A stretch of 64,000 nt of DNA from the NCBI RefSeq assembly GCF_009914755.1, contig NC_060928.1; one strand, given 5' to 3'. The notes below the pieces were generated by a model. The model made no database searches and was not told the origin of the DNA. It saw nothing but the letters and a program-made list of their open reading frames with translations. The stretch's first letter is position 1; each line of letters starts with the position of its first letter. The position numbers were made by a program, and so were the translations under genes. Below, in pieces: positions 39,875-54,549 of this stretch. This stretch comes from the human T2T-CHM13v2.0 reference genome, Homo sapiens.

Positions 39875-41795
39875 GCTGTATAGTCACCAAACTTGTTTAC
39901 TTTCCCTCTGAGGCTCCCAGGAAGACTGAATTGCAGATCTGTGTGCCCAAGTTCCAGCTAATGAAATGTGGGCATACACGGGGAGTGCCACGTCCAGGAC
40001 CAGCCTATAAGATCTCTCACAGGCACTTCCATGCTTTTTTTCCCCTGGCTTCCAAGTAGGAGAACTCCAGGGTGACATTGGAGCCGCAAAATGGAAGAAG
40101 CTTGGGATTCTGAATCACTACTGAAAAGGGAATCACCCAGCATGCACTAGATCATAAGGTGAGTGAGGAAAAATTCTCTGCTGTATTAAGCCTGTAAGGT
40201 GTAAGGTGTGATAATGTTTTCAATAGAAGTTAGCCTGCCCCAACTAAATTAGAAATAGGGGGTTATTGTGAAAACAAACAAAACAAAACAAAACAATCAA
40301 CAGTAGAAACTCATCATAATAAAATCAATATAATTAATGTCCTTTCCTTTGCAGCTGATCACAGGTGACAAGAAAGATATGGCTGGCTGAATGTCTAGAG
40401 AGCCATGCTTTACAGTAGCAAATAATCTGGCAAAATTTCATGATATTTAGAGGGCATGATATTCCATGAGTTTAAAAAGTGGTTATAAACAGATTTTACT
40501 ACTGTGTACAAATTGTTATTGGTTGTATTTGGCAAGGATTAAATATAAGAAAAAAAAGTCAAAAGAATTACCTGGTTAGTAAGCAGAAAAGAAAGAAAAT
40601 GCAACAGTCCAAACATTCAGAATAGTACGGCGTTGAAAAAGCCAATTATTAACAGGCCCCAAGTGTAAAAGATGAAATTTTTAAAGGGTTTATGTGAAAG
40701 ATCTGAAATAACTTCTTAATTTAACAAAAATACTCATTCCGGTGGCAAAGATCAGAATAAGGATGCGGCCTTCTTATGTATTGTCTCAGAATGCATCAAG
40801 ATATTAGCTATCCTTTTCTAGAGAAAGAAAGAGACGTCACAGCAAAGAAGCAAAGGCATAAATCAGACTAGAGAATCATGACTTTGGAGAGAACTTTGGG
40901 TATGGTAACTGCCACACTACACTGACTGAAAAAATAATCAGACATCTGCAAAATTGTGAGGAAATTGTTTTGCCAAAAGTAAAATGAAGTTAGCATAAAA
41001 ATAATAATAAAAGGAAAAAAGTATCTCCAACACTCAAAATAATTCTGCAACCACCTATCTTTCATGAGCAGAATCAGGCTAAAAAAGCTGCGAAGTTCTC
41101 AGGAAGAAAATATTCCTAATTCCTCTTCAGATGTAGTCAAGGGAGATTATAGTACAAAGGAACCCTCTAGAAGGTGGAACTGGTGTCCTCAGACTTCAAT
41201 GAGCAGAAGACTTTCTATATGAGACCAGAGTAAAAACACAAAGGGGAACTTCTCATTCCTCTTAAGGTAGAAAACTTTCATAGTTTTAATTCAGTAAGAA
41301 CTAGAATTACTATGGCCCAGGAGCTGATGTATGTTCCTTCCATCTCCTTTGACCAAATGCAAGTTTTATTGCAGTTCCCTGCATCATTCTATAACGGCTG
41401 GCAGTGGGGACTTGTAGAGAAAAATAACTCACATTTTCACTCAGGAGTCACTGAACTGCAAGGAACAGTATCTACTCTGATGGAAAAGACCATGTATTCT
41501 CATAGACCTGGGCTTTGGAATGGATGCTTTGTTTAAGTGGGACTTTCAGTCACTGCCCCTGGGGAGAAGGTAAAGTTGGCTATACATGTGGGGTTAAAGG
41601 GCCTTGTCTCTAAAAAAATCCCAAGTGGTGCCCCTGCCCCTTTTCTTCTTTCTGCCATCCCACAAAAAGGAACTTGAAGCTTAAAGCCTCCTGTGAAATA
41701 TAGAAGAGGTATAGCACTGAAATAGCCTGGGTCCCTGAATGCCTCCATGGAGGCTGGCCTTCCCATGATAACCTTGAACTAAGACAGCACGAGTA
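39875..41795 (+). mobile_element. Probable old MaLR element: LTR-like ends (~39875-40255, ~41600-41795) with a decayed internal region
   Basis: aagcttgggattctgaatcac and aatagcctgggtccctgaatg are MLT1-type motifs at both ends. Confidence 0.4.
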
Positions 41796-41944
41796 CTTAA
41801 CTTTTCAGGGTTTGCATGTTACAGAAACTAACAGGAATTATTCTAATACGGGATGAAAGACTATGAGTTAAGTTTTGAACATGATGAATTAGAGATGCCC
41901 GTGAAACACTGAGGCTGAGATATAGATAAAGCAATTGTATTCTC

Positions 41945-41971
<27 letters not shown>
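41945..41971. repeat. (TG)n microsatellite
   Basis: Seen directly. Confidence 0.95.
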
Positions 41972-41975
<4 letters not shown>

Positions 41976-42099
41976 GACGTAAGATAGTCACTAATTCTTT
42001 ACTACTCCCTCCATTGAAAAACAGAGTCTAATTCCTTTGAATCTAGACTGTGTACAGGGACTTGCTTGACAAGTTCATGTACCCAGTGAAGCTAAGTCA

Positions 42100-42481
<382 letters not shown>

Positions 42482-42685
42482 GTTTGACTACCCTGAAACC
42501 ACCATGCTGGAGAGGCCATGTGTAGGTGTTCTGATAGACAGTCCGAGCTGAGTTTTCTAGCTGTTGCCTCCAAGGTGCCAGGCATGCCAGACATGTGAGC
42601 GAAGCCTTTCTGGAACCTCCAGACCTGTCCTCCTGCCAGCTGAATATTCCTGAGTTGCTACTGTCAATAAATGTTGAACAAAAGA

Positions 42686-42877
42686 AGTGGTATGCTGGTA
42701 AACATGCCCTTGGAGGAAAAAAAAATGAGTTTAGTGTTTTCTGACTTCTGTGATATAAATACCCCCACCATGGCTGGCTTTATGCTATTGAAGGTTTAGC
42801 TATAAAGCTCACAAATTTCTTGAATATTTAACAATTGGCTCTTCTGAGCTGATGCAAGCCAACTCCAGCATGTCTTG
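42686..42877. mobile_element. MER63-like hAT-Blackjack element
   Basis: agtggtatgctgg ... tttaacaattggctc..ccaactccagca inverted termini. Confidence 0.7.
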
Positions 42878-43669
42878 CTCAAATTTCTGAATCACAAAAT
42901 CATAAGGTATAATAAAATGTCTCTTGCTCCAAGACACTAAGTTTTGGTAATTTTTTCTACAGCAATAGACAATCAGAAGAAAAGATAAAAGCATATATTT
43001 AGTAAGATTGTTCTATTGACTCCAAATCAGGGATTAGAAACCAAATCTGAGGACAAAGATATATACAGGACTTACACATTCTAAGAATAGCTGCAAACAT
43101 TTGCAGTAAGAACCTCTTCAAGGCAACATAAATCCAGCATCTCAATTATCATCCCCAAATTTCTATCAATATATGAAGATGGCCAAGGCAAGGAAAGGGG
43201 TTAGTGGTGGTTTTGGTAGTGTGATGCCGCCTGCTATCCTTCGCAACCATAGGTCCAACCCTACCGTAATCCAAATGGTCCCTAGACTAAAGAAAGCCTA
43301 CTATCCATGTCCTTTCTTGGGCATCTGCTTCTAGGCAGCAGATAGGTTGATCTGCTCTGCTCTTATCTGTGCAGGTGGACAGAGAATTGGAATGAGACAA
43401 AAACATAACTTCATCCATTTACTTTGTGTATGGAGATCACATGTAACTTTAGACAGAACCTTCATGGGAGAGCAGAATAGGCAGAAAACGTGGTGTAGCA
43501 TGTCAGAAAGAGAGTGGCGGTTTTGGTATGGAGAGACTAATCAATTCCCTTTTGAGGAAAGGGATCTAAGCTGAGATCTGAGCTTGCTGATTTGGGGACA
43601 CTAGGGGTTGAAGAAGAAAGGGATAGCACTGAAGGTGATAACTAAAGAAAGCCCAATGAAGAGACTATC

Positions 43670-44043
<374 letters not shown>

Positions 44044-44234
44044 TTAGGGAAACCAGCTCCAGATGAGAAAGCAGCCAAGGACTGGCGCAGCAGGAAGGGG
44101 AGGAGCCTTTACCAGGACCTGGCAGAAAGCATGATCCTACGAGCTATGGCCTCAAGTGGAGGCACGTAGTCACTGGTGAGGATGAGGAGGAGGGCTCTCT
44201 GAGTCTGTTCTGGGTAAGTCACTGTGAAGGTCCT

Positions 44235-44620
44235 CAAGGATATTCAGCGAACATTTCTGGCTTTTCATCTTCCAGGCAAATAGTGGAGTCCTTCTTCCTG
44301 GCCCCTTCATTGTTACGTGGGGCCATGCCATTATTTCCAGCTAGGGTGTGAGTGGACATGATGTGTGAGACTTAAAGTCACAGAACTGAATGATGGGATT
44401 GGAGACCTTCAGTACTCTTCTTCCCTCTGCATAGGGACAAGGCACCTTCTGGATCACAGGTATTTTATAAACCTAGGCATTGGAGCAAGGGCACTCAGAA
44501 CAGAGCCCTGAGATGCCCTCCAATGGGGACAGACTAGAAGCAAAAAGTAAGCCTTTGCTTCTTTAAGCCACTTAAATTCTTTTTAACTATAGTGCAATAG
44601 CTGTCGAGACTGATAAGACA
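44235..44620 (+). mobile_element. Old MLT1-like LTR
   Basis: cttcctggcccc..gtggggccatg..agcctttg..tttaagccac. Confidence 0.55.
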
Positions 44621-44822
44621 TTTAAACTGAGACTTGTAGAACAAAAATGAGCTGTGGGATAGATTTTACTAAGTTAGAAAATGGTAAATGAGAAACCATC
44701 TTGACTGAGAGTTGCACTGAAAATGTGTTTGATAAATGGCTGAAATCCAAACAATGAAAACAATAGAACCATACACTCAAAACACATATGTTCTGGTCAC
44801 TGATTTGCTTAGAATGATTAGG

Positions 44823-47340
44823 ATATATATATAAAATATATTTATACAATATATAAAAAATATTTATTATATATTATATATTTATATAATAAAAATGTAT
44901 TATATATTATAAATATTTATTATATATTACATATAATATATATCATATATATTTATATAATAAATTATTTATATCATAAATATATATATGATATATATAT
45001 TTACATAAATATATATAAAATATATATGATATATATATTTACATCAATATATATGACATATATATTTACATCATAAATATATATGATATATATATTTACA
45101 TCATAAATATATATGATATATTTACATAATATATATGATATATATATTTACATCATAAATATATATGATATATTTACATAATATATATGATATATATATT
45201 CACATAATATATATATCATATATATTATATAATATATATGATATCATATATATTATATAATATATATGATATCATATATATATTTATATATAAATATATA
45301 TATGATATCATATATATTATATAATAAATATATATGATATCATATATATATTTATATATAATAAATATATATGATATCATATATATATTTATATAATAAA
45401 TATATATATGATATCATATATATATTTATTATATAAATATATATATGATATCATATATATATTTATATAATAAATATATATATGATATCATATATATATT
45501 TATATAATAAATATATATATGATATCATATATATTTATATAATAAATATATATATGATATCATATATATATTTATTATATAAATATATATATGATATCAT
45601 ATATATATTTATTATATTAATATATATATGATATCATATATATTTATATAATAAATATATATATGATATCATATATATATTTATATAATAAATATATATA
45701 TGATATCATATATATTTATTATATTAATAAATATATATGATATCATATATATATTTATATAATAAATATATATATGATATTAAATATATTTATATAATAT
45801 ATATATGACATATATATTATGTAATATATATGATATTATATATATTATATAAATATATATGAAATTATATATATTTATATAATATATATGATATTATATA
45901 TATTTATATAATCTATATATGATATATAATAAATATATTCATATTATATATAATATAATAAATATATATCATATATATTTATAGAAATTATATATTATAT
46001 TATATATATTTATATAAATTTATATTATATCATATATTTATATAAATTATATATTATATCATATATTTATATAAATTATATATTATATCATATATTTATA
46101 TAAATTATATATTATATCATATATTTGTATAACTTATATATTATATCATATATTGATATAAATTATATATATCATATATTGACATAAGAAATTATATATA
46201 TTATATCATATATTGATATAAATTATATATATATCATATATTGATATAAGACATTATATACATCATATATTGATATAAGAAATTATATATATTATATCAT
46301 ATATAGATATAATAAATTATATATATTATATCATGTATATTGATATAATAAATTATATATATTATATTATATATATAGATATAAATTATATATATTATAT
46401 CATATAGATATAATAAATTATATATATCATGTATATTGATATAATAAATTATATATATTATATCATGTATATTGATATAATAAATTATGTATATTATATC
46501 ATATATAGATATAATAAATTATATATATTATATCATATATAGATATAATAAATTATATATATTATATCATATATATTGATATAATAAATTATATATATTA
46601 TATTATATCATATATATGATATAATAAATTATATATATTATATTATATCATATATATGATATAATAAATTATATATATTATATCATATATAGATATAATA
46701 AATTATATATATTATATCATATATAGATATAATAAATTATATATATTATATCATATATATTGATATAATAAATTATATATATTATATTATATCATATATA
46801 TGATATAATAAATTATATATATTATATCATATATATTGATATAATAAATTATATATATTATATCATATATATTGATATAATAAATTATATATATTATATC
46901 ATATATATTGATATAATAAATTATATATATTATATCATATATATTGATATAATAAATTATATATATTATATCATATATATTGATATAATAAATTATATAT
47001 ATTATATCATATATAATAAATTATATATATTATATCATATATAATAAATTATATATTATATCATATATAATAAATTATATATATTATATCATATATAATA
47101 AATTATATATTATATCATATATAATAAATTATATATGATATCATATATTTATATAATAAATTATATATGATATCATATATATTTATATAATAAATTATAT
47201 GTTATATTATATATTTACATAATAAATTATATACTATATATTTACATAATAAATTATATATATTATATTATATATATTTATATGATATTATATATTTACA
47301 TGATAAATTACATATATTATATTATATATATATGTATATA
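44823..47340. repeat. 2.5-kb AT-rich compound minisatellite
   Basis: Almost pure A/T; successive sub-arrays with units of about 29-38 bp built on (TA)n, gatatc and atatcat. Confidence 0.98.
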
Positions 47341-47383
47341 TCTCCCATTAGTTCTGTCCCTCTAGAGAACCCTCACTAATACA
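47341..47383 (+). mobile_element. MLT2 (ERVL) LTR 3' terminus only
   Basis: attagttctgtccctctagagaaccctcactaataca is the characteristic MLT2A end. Confidence 0.8.
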
Positions 47384-47557
47384 AAGACTAATGAAATGTA
47401 AAAGTTCATCTTTTTTTACATTGGCTGGTTAGAATTCTGCCACTTATGCCTATTCAACTTATGGAAGTTCATAAGTCTAATATCTTATAGCACACTTGAC
47501 ATTTGCCAACAACACTTCACCAACATTTGGCTTTAGCCAACTCCTATATAAAGGCCA

Positions 47558-48455
47558 TTTTTTAGTAGTAGCCATTCTGACTGGTGTGATATGGTATCTC
47601 ATTGTGGTTTTGATTTGCCTCTCTCTAATGATCAGTGATGTTGAGCTTTTTATTCATATAACTGTTGGCTGTATGTATGTCTGCTTTTGAAAAGTGTGTG
47701 TTTATGTCCTTTACCCACTCAAAAAGTAACAGATGCTTGCAAGGTTATGGAGAAAAAGGAACCCTTATACGCTGTTGGTGGAAGTGTAAATTAGTTCAAC
47801 CATTGTGGAAGACAGTGTGGCAATTCCTCAAAGACCTAAAGACAGAAATAACATTCAACCCAGCAATCCCATTACTAGGATTGTCATGGGATTACTTGCT
47901 AAATATCCCTATCCAAACTGGTAATCCATTACTGGGTATACAAATACAAAGGAATAAAAATAATTCTATTATAAAGACGCATGCATATGTTCATTACAGC
48001 ACTTATTTACAATAGCAAAGACATGGAATCAACCTAAATGTCCATTAATGATAGACTGGACAAAGAAAATGTGGCACATACACACCATGGAATACTATTG
48101 CAGCCATAAAAAAGAACAAGATCATATACTTTGCAGGAACATGGATGGAGCTGGAGGCCATTATCTTTAGCAAACTAATGCAGGATCAGAAAAGCAAATA
48201 CCACATGTTCTTATAAGTGGGAGCTAAATGATGAGAACACATGGACACACAGAGGGGAACAACACACACTGGGACCTTTCAGAGAGTGGAGGATGGGAGG
48301 AGGGAGAGAATCAGGACAACCAACTAATGGGTACTAGGCTTAATACCTGAGTGATGAAATAATCTGTACAACCCTCATGACACAAGTTTACATATGTAAC
48401 AAACCTGCACTTAAACCCCTGAACTTAAAATAAAAGTTAAAACAAGAAATAAAGA
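47558..48455 (+). mobile_element. 5'-inverted L1PA (PA13-16-like) insertion
   Basis: 47558-47718 is antisense L1; 47719-48455 is the sense L1 3' end; degenerate TSD aaaggccattttt (47550-47562) / aaagtcaattttt (48456-48468). Confidence 0.88.
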
Positions 48456-49539
48456 AAAGTCAATTTTTAAAATTTATAAGCTAAGAGCTTTCTTTCTAAG
48501 ACTTTAAACGTTAAGCTTCCTATAACCTAACATATTTTACTTAACATATTTTAAATAGAGGTAAACTTGTAATTTTGAGTATTTGAGTTTCATTTGACTC
48601 ATCCACCTAACTCACAGCTATGGAATAAAACTCAAAATAAGATAGTCTAATACCACACAAAAGGAATATTGTTTCAATTCAGTTCTACACTCATGTATTC
48701 ATTGATTTGTGGGAATGGGAAGAAACTTTGATCCCACACTTGGAAGTGCCCCCACTTTGAGATCCTGCTGCATTATATATTTCATAATAGCTCTTTTGAT
48801 ATGACTTACTGTTCCTACTGGATTGTAACTACTTAAGGGCAAGGGCGAGGTCTAATCCTTAAGTGCCTTGTAAAGTACTTGGCCTGTGGTAGGTGTCTTT
48901 GAGCCACTAGTGTTTCTGAATGAACAAATTGATTTGGCAACCTGAGACACAGAATGACATTTCTGAATCATAAGTCTAACATTTATTAGCCAGGTAACCT
49001 TGATCAATGTATATATGTGATCTTTTTATTTGTGTGTGTATGTGTATGTGTCATATACAACACGTATGAGTTTTTAAAATGTCCATTTTTTCAAGAACAA
49101 TAATTAAGAGTCAGACATTGTGAAGCATTCTTGCACTGAAACACAACTTGTTATTCACTTTCTCATGCAAACGCCATTTATCAGTAGTGGCCATCTCTCC
49201 CAAGGAATTACTTGCCCAATATCCCTACCCAAAACATATGGCTTTGGATATATTTAAGAAGCTTCATTTTCCTTGCTATCTTTGTCTGCACGTTTTTTAT
49301 TGTCATCTGAGTGTTAACAGGTTTCTGGGAATCAATAGACGCTTTGCAAAGGCATTTTCTAGACCTCAAGGACTGGTACATCTTATAATTTGCTTCTTTG
49401 CTTATGCTATTCCTTTTCTTCCCAGTTGCACCTCTTCAGAGAGCTAGTGGCATTTCAACGAATGCTTGTCATTGGGAATAACTTCCCACTTTCAAAGGAT
49501 ATAATAATGCTGCAAAACATTACATATTTCTTTCTTGCT

Positions 49540-50030
49540 TATTTATACAACAAATATATCTTCAGTGTCTATTGCCAGTAAAGCCCCAAGAGTCAGGAAA
49601 ACTAGGAAGCCTCAGTTAAAACCATCACCTTCACAGAGCCCATAATTATTTAGGAGAGCAACAGAGATCAATAAAGAGAGAATTGCAACATGGTGTGATA
49701 AAGAAATATCTTTATCTGTCTGTGAAGACATTATGGGATTACAAAAGAGTGGGACCATATCCAAGAGGTACGGAAACGATCTTGGAAGCCTTCCACAAGA
49801 AACTGTATTAGAACTAAACCGCAGAGATAAATCTGGGTTTGGGAGCAGATGGGAGGATAGATCCCTTAATGTACCCTCATTCATTTAATCAATATTGGCT
49901 TGGAACCTAGTCTGTGTCATATGCTATACAAAGTATCAAAAACATGACTTTGAATAAGAGAATCTACCTTCTTCTCAGCCGTCAAAGATCCTATGGCCTA
50001 GTAGTCAAGTGTTAGGGTATGAGTAACACA
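49540..50030 (-). mobile_element. L2 fragments
   Basis: caacaaatat, ggaagccttcc, cattcatttaatcaatatt L2 motifs. Confidence 0.55.
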
Positions 50031-50262
50031 AGTCATGTTCAGAACACATAGCAGAGTTGGATGTGGGCAGGGTGGGCTTGGGGATGCAGCTCTGTGTGGG
50101 CTCCAAGTGGCTCAGATGCCAGACAAGGAGTGAGAAGAGAGGAAGACAGCAGCACTCACCTCAGATCCCAGAAGTTCTCCTTTGTCAGGCCAGGAAAACC
50201 GGGAGACAAAGAAACCAACCACTTCGTTTTCATTCATCGCAACAAATACTTAAATAGCACCT

Positions 50263-50695
50263 TGATGTGGTTTGGATGTGTGTCCCCACCAAAATCTCAT
50301 GTTCAATTGCAATCCCTAATTTTGGAAGTGGGGCCTGGTGGGAGGTTATTGAATCATGGGGGCAGGTTTCTCAAGAATGGTTTAGCACCATCCTCTTGGT
50401 ACTGTTCTCACAATAGTAAGTGAGTTCTCATAAGATCTGGTGGTATAAAAGCGTGTGGCACCTCCCCCGTCTCTCTCTCTCTCTCTTGCTCCTGCTCTGG
50501 CTATGTGAAGTGCCTGCCCCTTCTTCACCTTCCAGCATGATTTTAAGTTTCCTGAAGCCTCCCCAGAAGCTGAGCGGAACCCAGCAGCACGCTTCTACAG
50601 CCTGTGGAATCATGAGCCAGTTAAACCTCTTTTCTTTATAAATCACCCAGTCTAAGGTGTTTCTTGGTAGCAATGCAATAATGGATGAATAAATA
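50263..50695 (+). mobile_element. MSTB-like LTR
   Basis: tgatgtggtttggat..aaatctcatgtt..gaatggtttagcaccatcc..aaacctcttttctttataaat.acccagtct. Confidence 0.9.
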
Positions 50696-51689
50696 CCCAG
50701 GCACTGACAAGACAATTATGAGACAACCATACTCTGTGTCCTTAAGTATCTTGCTTCCCAGCAGAGGAGGAATTCATATACCAAGCTCAGTTCCAGGAAG
50801 TTTTCATAGAAATAGAAATAAAGTGAGGCCTTCATTCCCCCATTCGGAAGAAAATGGTTCCAACCAAGGTAGAGTGAATGGGATAAGAGAAGACCAGAGA
50901 AGAACGGATATTTGCTAAATCTTCAGGTCTGGTAAAGTTTCATCCAGTAGATAAAAAGCAAATCCACTGAAAGGAAGGGAGGAAATTAAATGATGATCAA
51001 AACGATTATAAAAATACCCTAATTCAAAATCGACTATGATGTAGAAATATGTCACTTGCATAGGCTTCTAATGAACTGTATTCACCATGCAGAGATCTGC
51101 AAAGATGGTTCAGCACACATGTTTAGATAAAAAGCACCCTCTGAAATATGTTACTACTTTTATCTGACTCAGCAGTGGAAATCTAGGATTATCTCTCAGA
51201 GAAAAGAGATTGTCCTTGTCTCCCTACAGCAAAATGGTATTTTTGGAGTGAAGGAAAACTATCAAGGGGCTAATTAAAAAGAGTTACTGAAGACAGGGTG
51301 CAAATCCAAGAGCTGAACAGTCAGAATTTGGGAAGGTGCTTTGCCTCCGCAATGTCTTCATCAACAGAAACAGGCAGTGTGCCTCTCGGAAAGCTGAAGA
51401 GTTAAATTCTTTAAGGAACAAATAGAAGAGGCCTACAGAATTCCACTTTCTACATAAAAAGGCACCTAAATATAAAAAATAAAGTGATTTAATATCGCCC
51501 TTGGAACCCAACTAGATTCCTTTGAAAAAATAATCTAGTTTTAAGTTAGGTCAGAATAGCAAGACAATGTTCCAAATACAGAAAATTTTTAAATAGTTTA
51601 TTTCAATACATACTTACGTCTCTTGCGGGAAACTAATACAAAGATGGTGATGAGTTCCTATTCTCACAAAGTTGCTCATTAAATAGAAT

Positions 51690-52300
51690 CAGTTCATGTA
51701 TTTAATGATGATTCTTTGAACCTGGTGCTCACTAGGTTTGCTAGATACAGAGACAAGGGACACACAGGTCTTCTCTGCAAAAGATATCACCTTATAAGAA
51801 GGAGACGGGAGCACAGCAGTTGTAATATGATGTGAGGTCTGCAATAGAAATACACACACGATGTTAGGATTGCAGAGGAGAATCAAGCAAGCCACTCTGC
51901 AGATGGGGGATAGGAGATATCAAGAAGGGCCTTGAAAGTAGGGGAGGTTGCAAACAATTGTAAAGTAGGAGAAGATGTAAGACAAATAGGACAAGGTAGA
52001 GCAGCAGAGGGAGAAGCCTTTCGACCTTAGGAGATAGCATCAGCAGACACTGAGAAGCCAGAGGAATGTACTCCAGCCAACTGGTCAGAGATCGTGGAGC
52101 ACAGAGCACTAGTCAGTGTGTGCTGAAAGACAAGATGGAATAGGTAGAAAGGCACCACTCCAGTGGGGTCTGATGTACCCTGCTAAGATGTGTGGGCTTT
52201 TCCTATCAGCAACGGGGTGACATTGAAGGGTGTGAAGCGAGGAATTCAAGTGATAAAGATTGAGGGGAACAAGACTGATAACAGAGCCTGGTTAGGGGTG
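51690..52300 (-). mobile_element. L2
   Basis: Antisense L2 pattern (tgctagatacagaga, gggcttttcct..agcaacggg..attgaaggg). Confidence 0.6.
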
Positions 52301-52329
52301 TCAGAGCCCTGGGTAAAGGTGGGCTCTGT

Positions 52330-52520
52330 TGCCCAGAGCTGACTTATCTCATCACTTAACCTCTCTAACTTCCAGTTTTCTCCTCTGCAAAATAGACATA
52401 ATAATACTTACCACAGTACTTGCTACAATGACTCAATTAGAAAAGACATAGTATATTCAATTAAATAAGGTAAAGGAAGCCCTTCCAGCACGAACAGTAC
52501 ACGGTAAGGACCAAGTCAGT
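52330..52520 (+). mobile_element. MIR
   Basis: cacttaacctctct..cagttttctcctctgcaaaat..ataataatac. Confidence 0.7.
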
Positions 52521-53187
52521 GTTGGGAGGGTTGTGTGACATGGGATGTGTGATATGATGAAATTTGAGGTGGCATTTAAATTAATATTTTTAATAACTAT
52601 GTACTCATTGTATACTGGAAAAATTATAATTTCATATGAAACTGATGTTTTCATTCATATTGTTGAGCAAAATTTTAGCTAAGTTTGAAAAGATTAGTCT
52701 ATTTTTAACTACATGAATAATAGTGGAGTTGCTATAGATATATGACGAACACAGCAGAAGAAATTCTGAGGTGGTTTGAAAATGTAGGAAGTTTAGAAAA
52801 CCAAACTACCACGGGTAGCTTTCAATAAGGCTGTTGAAAGTGATACTTACAGGAGAAGATGGGATTTAAAGTAGGTCCACAATCACATGATGTGAAGGAG
52901 CGATCAATTTGCAAAATACTTAGTAGGGCAGTCAGCATGAGTGGTGATTATTTGAATGGAGGAGAAGGAAAGAAAGAAGGCATCTGATGAATGAGAACCG
53001 AGTCTGGTGATTGTCCATTTGGACAGTGGGGACCCAAAGCCTTTTAGTCGCTTAGAGAATACAGGGGAAATTGTGTTTAGATGCAAGCATTCCTCCTGTG
53101 TCTGCCCTGCCTATTGGATATTAATGTAACAAGCCAGATTTATAGGCTTAGAGTTCACAAAGGTGATATGTTACAAACGAAAGATGA

Positions 53188-53735
<548 letters not shown>

Positions 53736-54127
53736 TAACTAGTGTTATGGAGGAAAATGGTGGGAGGATATAAGATTGAGATTCTGTCAGGTGCAGGGAA
53801 GGCTGGGCTCCTTTGATGAAGAAACTCTCAAGTAAAACCCAATGGTGAGAACCAGCGAGTTGGGCAAGGAGTGTTTTGCATGTAGGTTGGGGCTGAAACT
53901 GTGAGAACAGCCATAAGGACCTGTGATAAAAATAAGTAAACTAAAGTAGCAATAAATTAAAGGTCAATTCTGAAAATTACTGCTCTTTGAAGAAGCTGAG
54001 AGGATCCTACAAGGCATGGGTCTCAGAGAGGCACAGGAGAGGGTAGGCTCCTAGAGTAGCTGAGAGCTCTGAAGAGGAGGAAAAAAGTCACCTTGTCAAA
54101 TGCTGGCAAAAGTGGCCAATAAAACAG

Positions 54128-54433
54128 GGCCAGCTGAGCATGGTGGCTGACACCTATAATCCCAGCATTTTGGGAGGTCAAGAAGGACAGTTCACTTGAG
54201 GCCAGGAGTTCAAGACCAGCCTGGCCAACATGGTGGAACCCTGTCTTTACTAAAAATGCGAGAATTAGCTGGGCATGGTGGCACACAACTGTAGTCCTGG
54301 ATATTTGGGAGGCTGAGGCACAAGAATCACTTGAACTGGGGAGGCAGAGATTGCAGTGAGCTGAGATGGTGCCACTGCACTTCAGCCTGGGTGACAGAGT
54401 GAGACCTTGTCTCAAAAAAATTAAAAAAATAAA
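54128..54433 (+). mobile_element. Alu (old S/J)
   Basis: Full dimer with A tail. Confidence 0.93.
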
Positions 54434-54549
54434 AGACCAATTTTGACTTGGAAGAGATCTCCCCAAATAATGTTGATTGAGAGGAGAATGAATGGAGGTT
54501 GTTCCCATACCTCCAGCCCCGCTCCATGGGGGTCAGGAGAGGATGTGGG

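Noticed and set aside
47665-48015. 116-aa ORF with WWKCKLVQPLWKTVW
   Set aside because: This is an L1 ORF2 C-terminal remnant spanning an inversion junction, not a gene.
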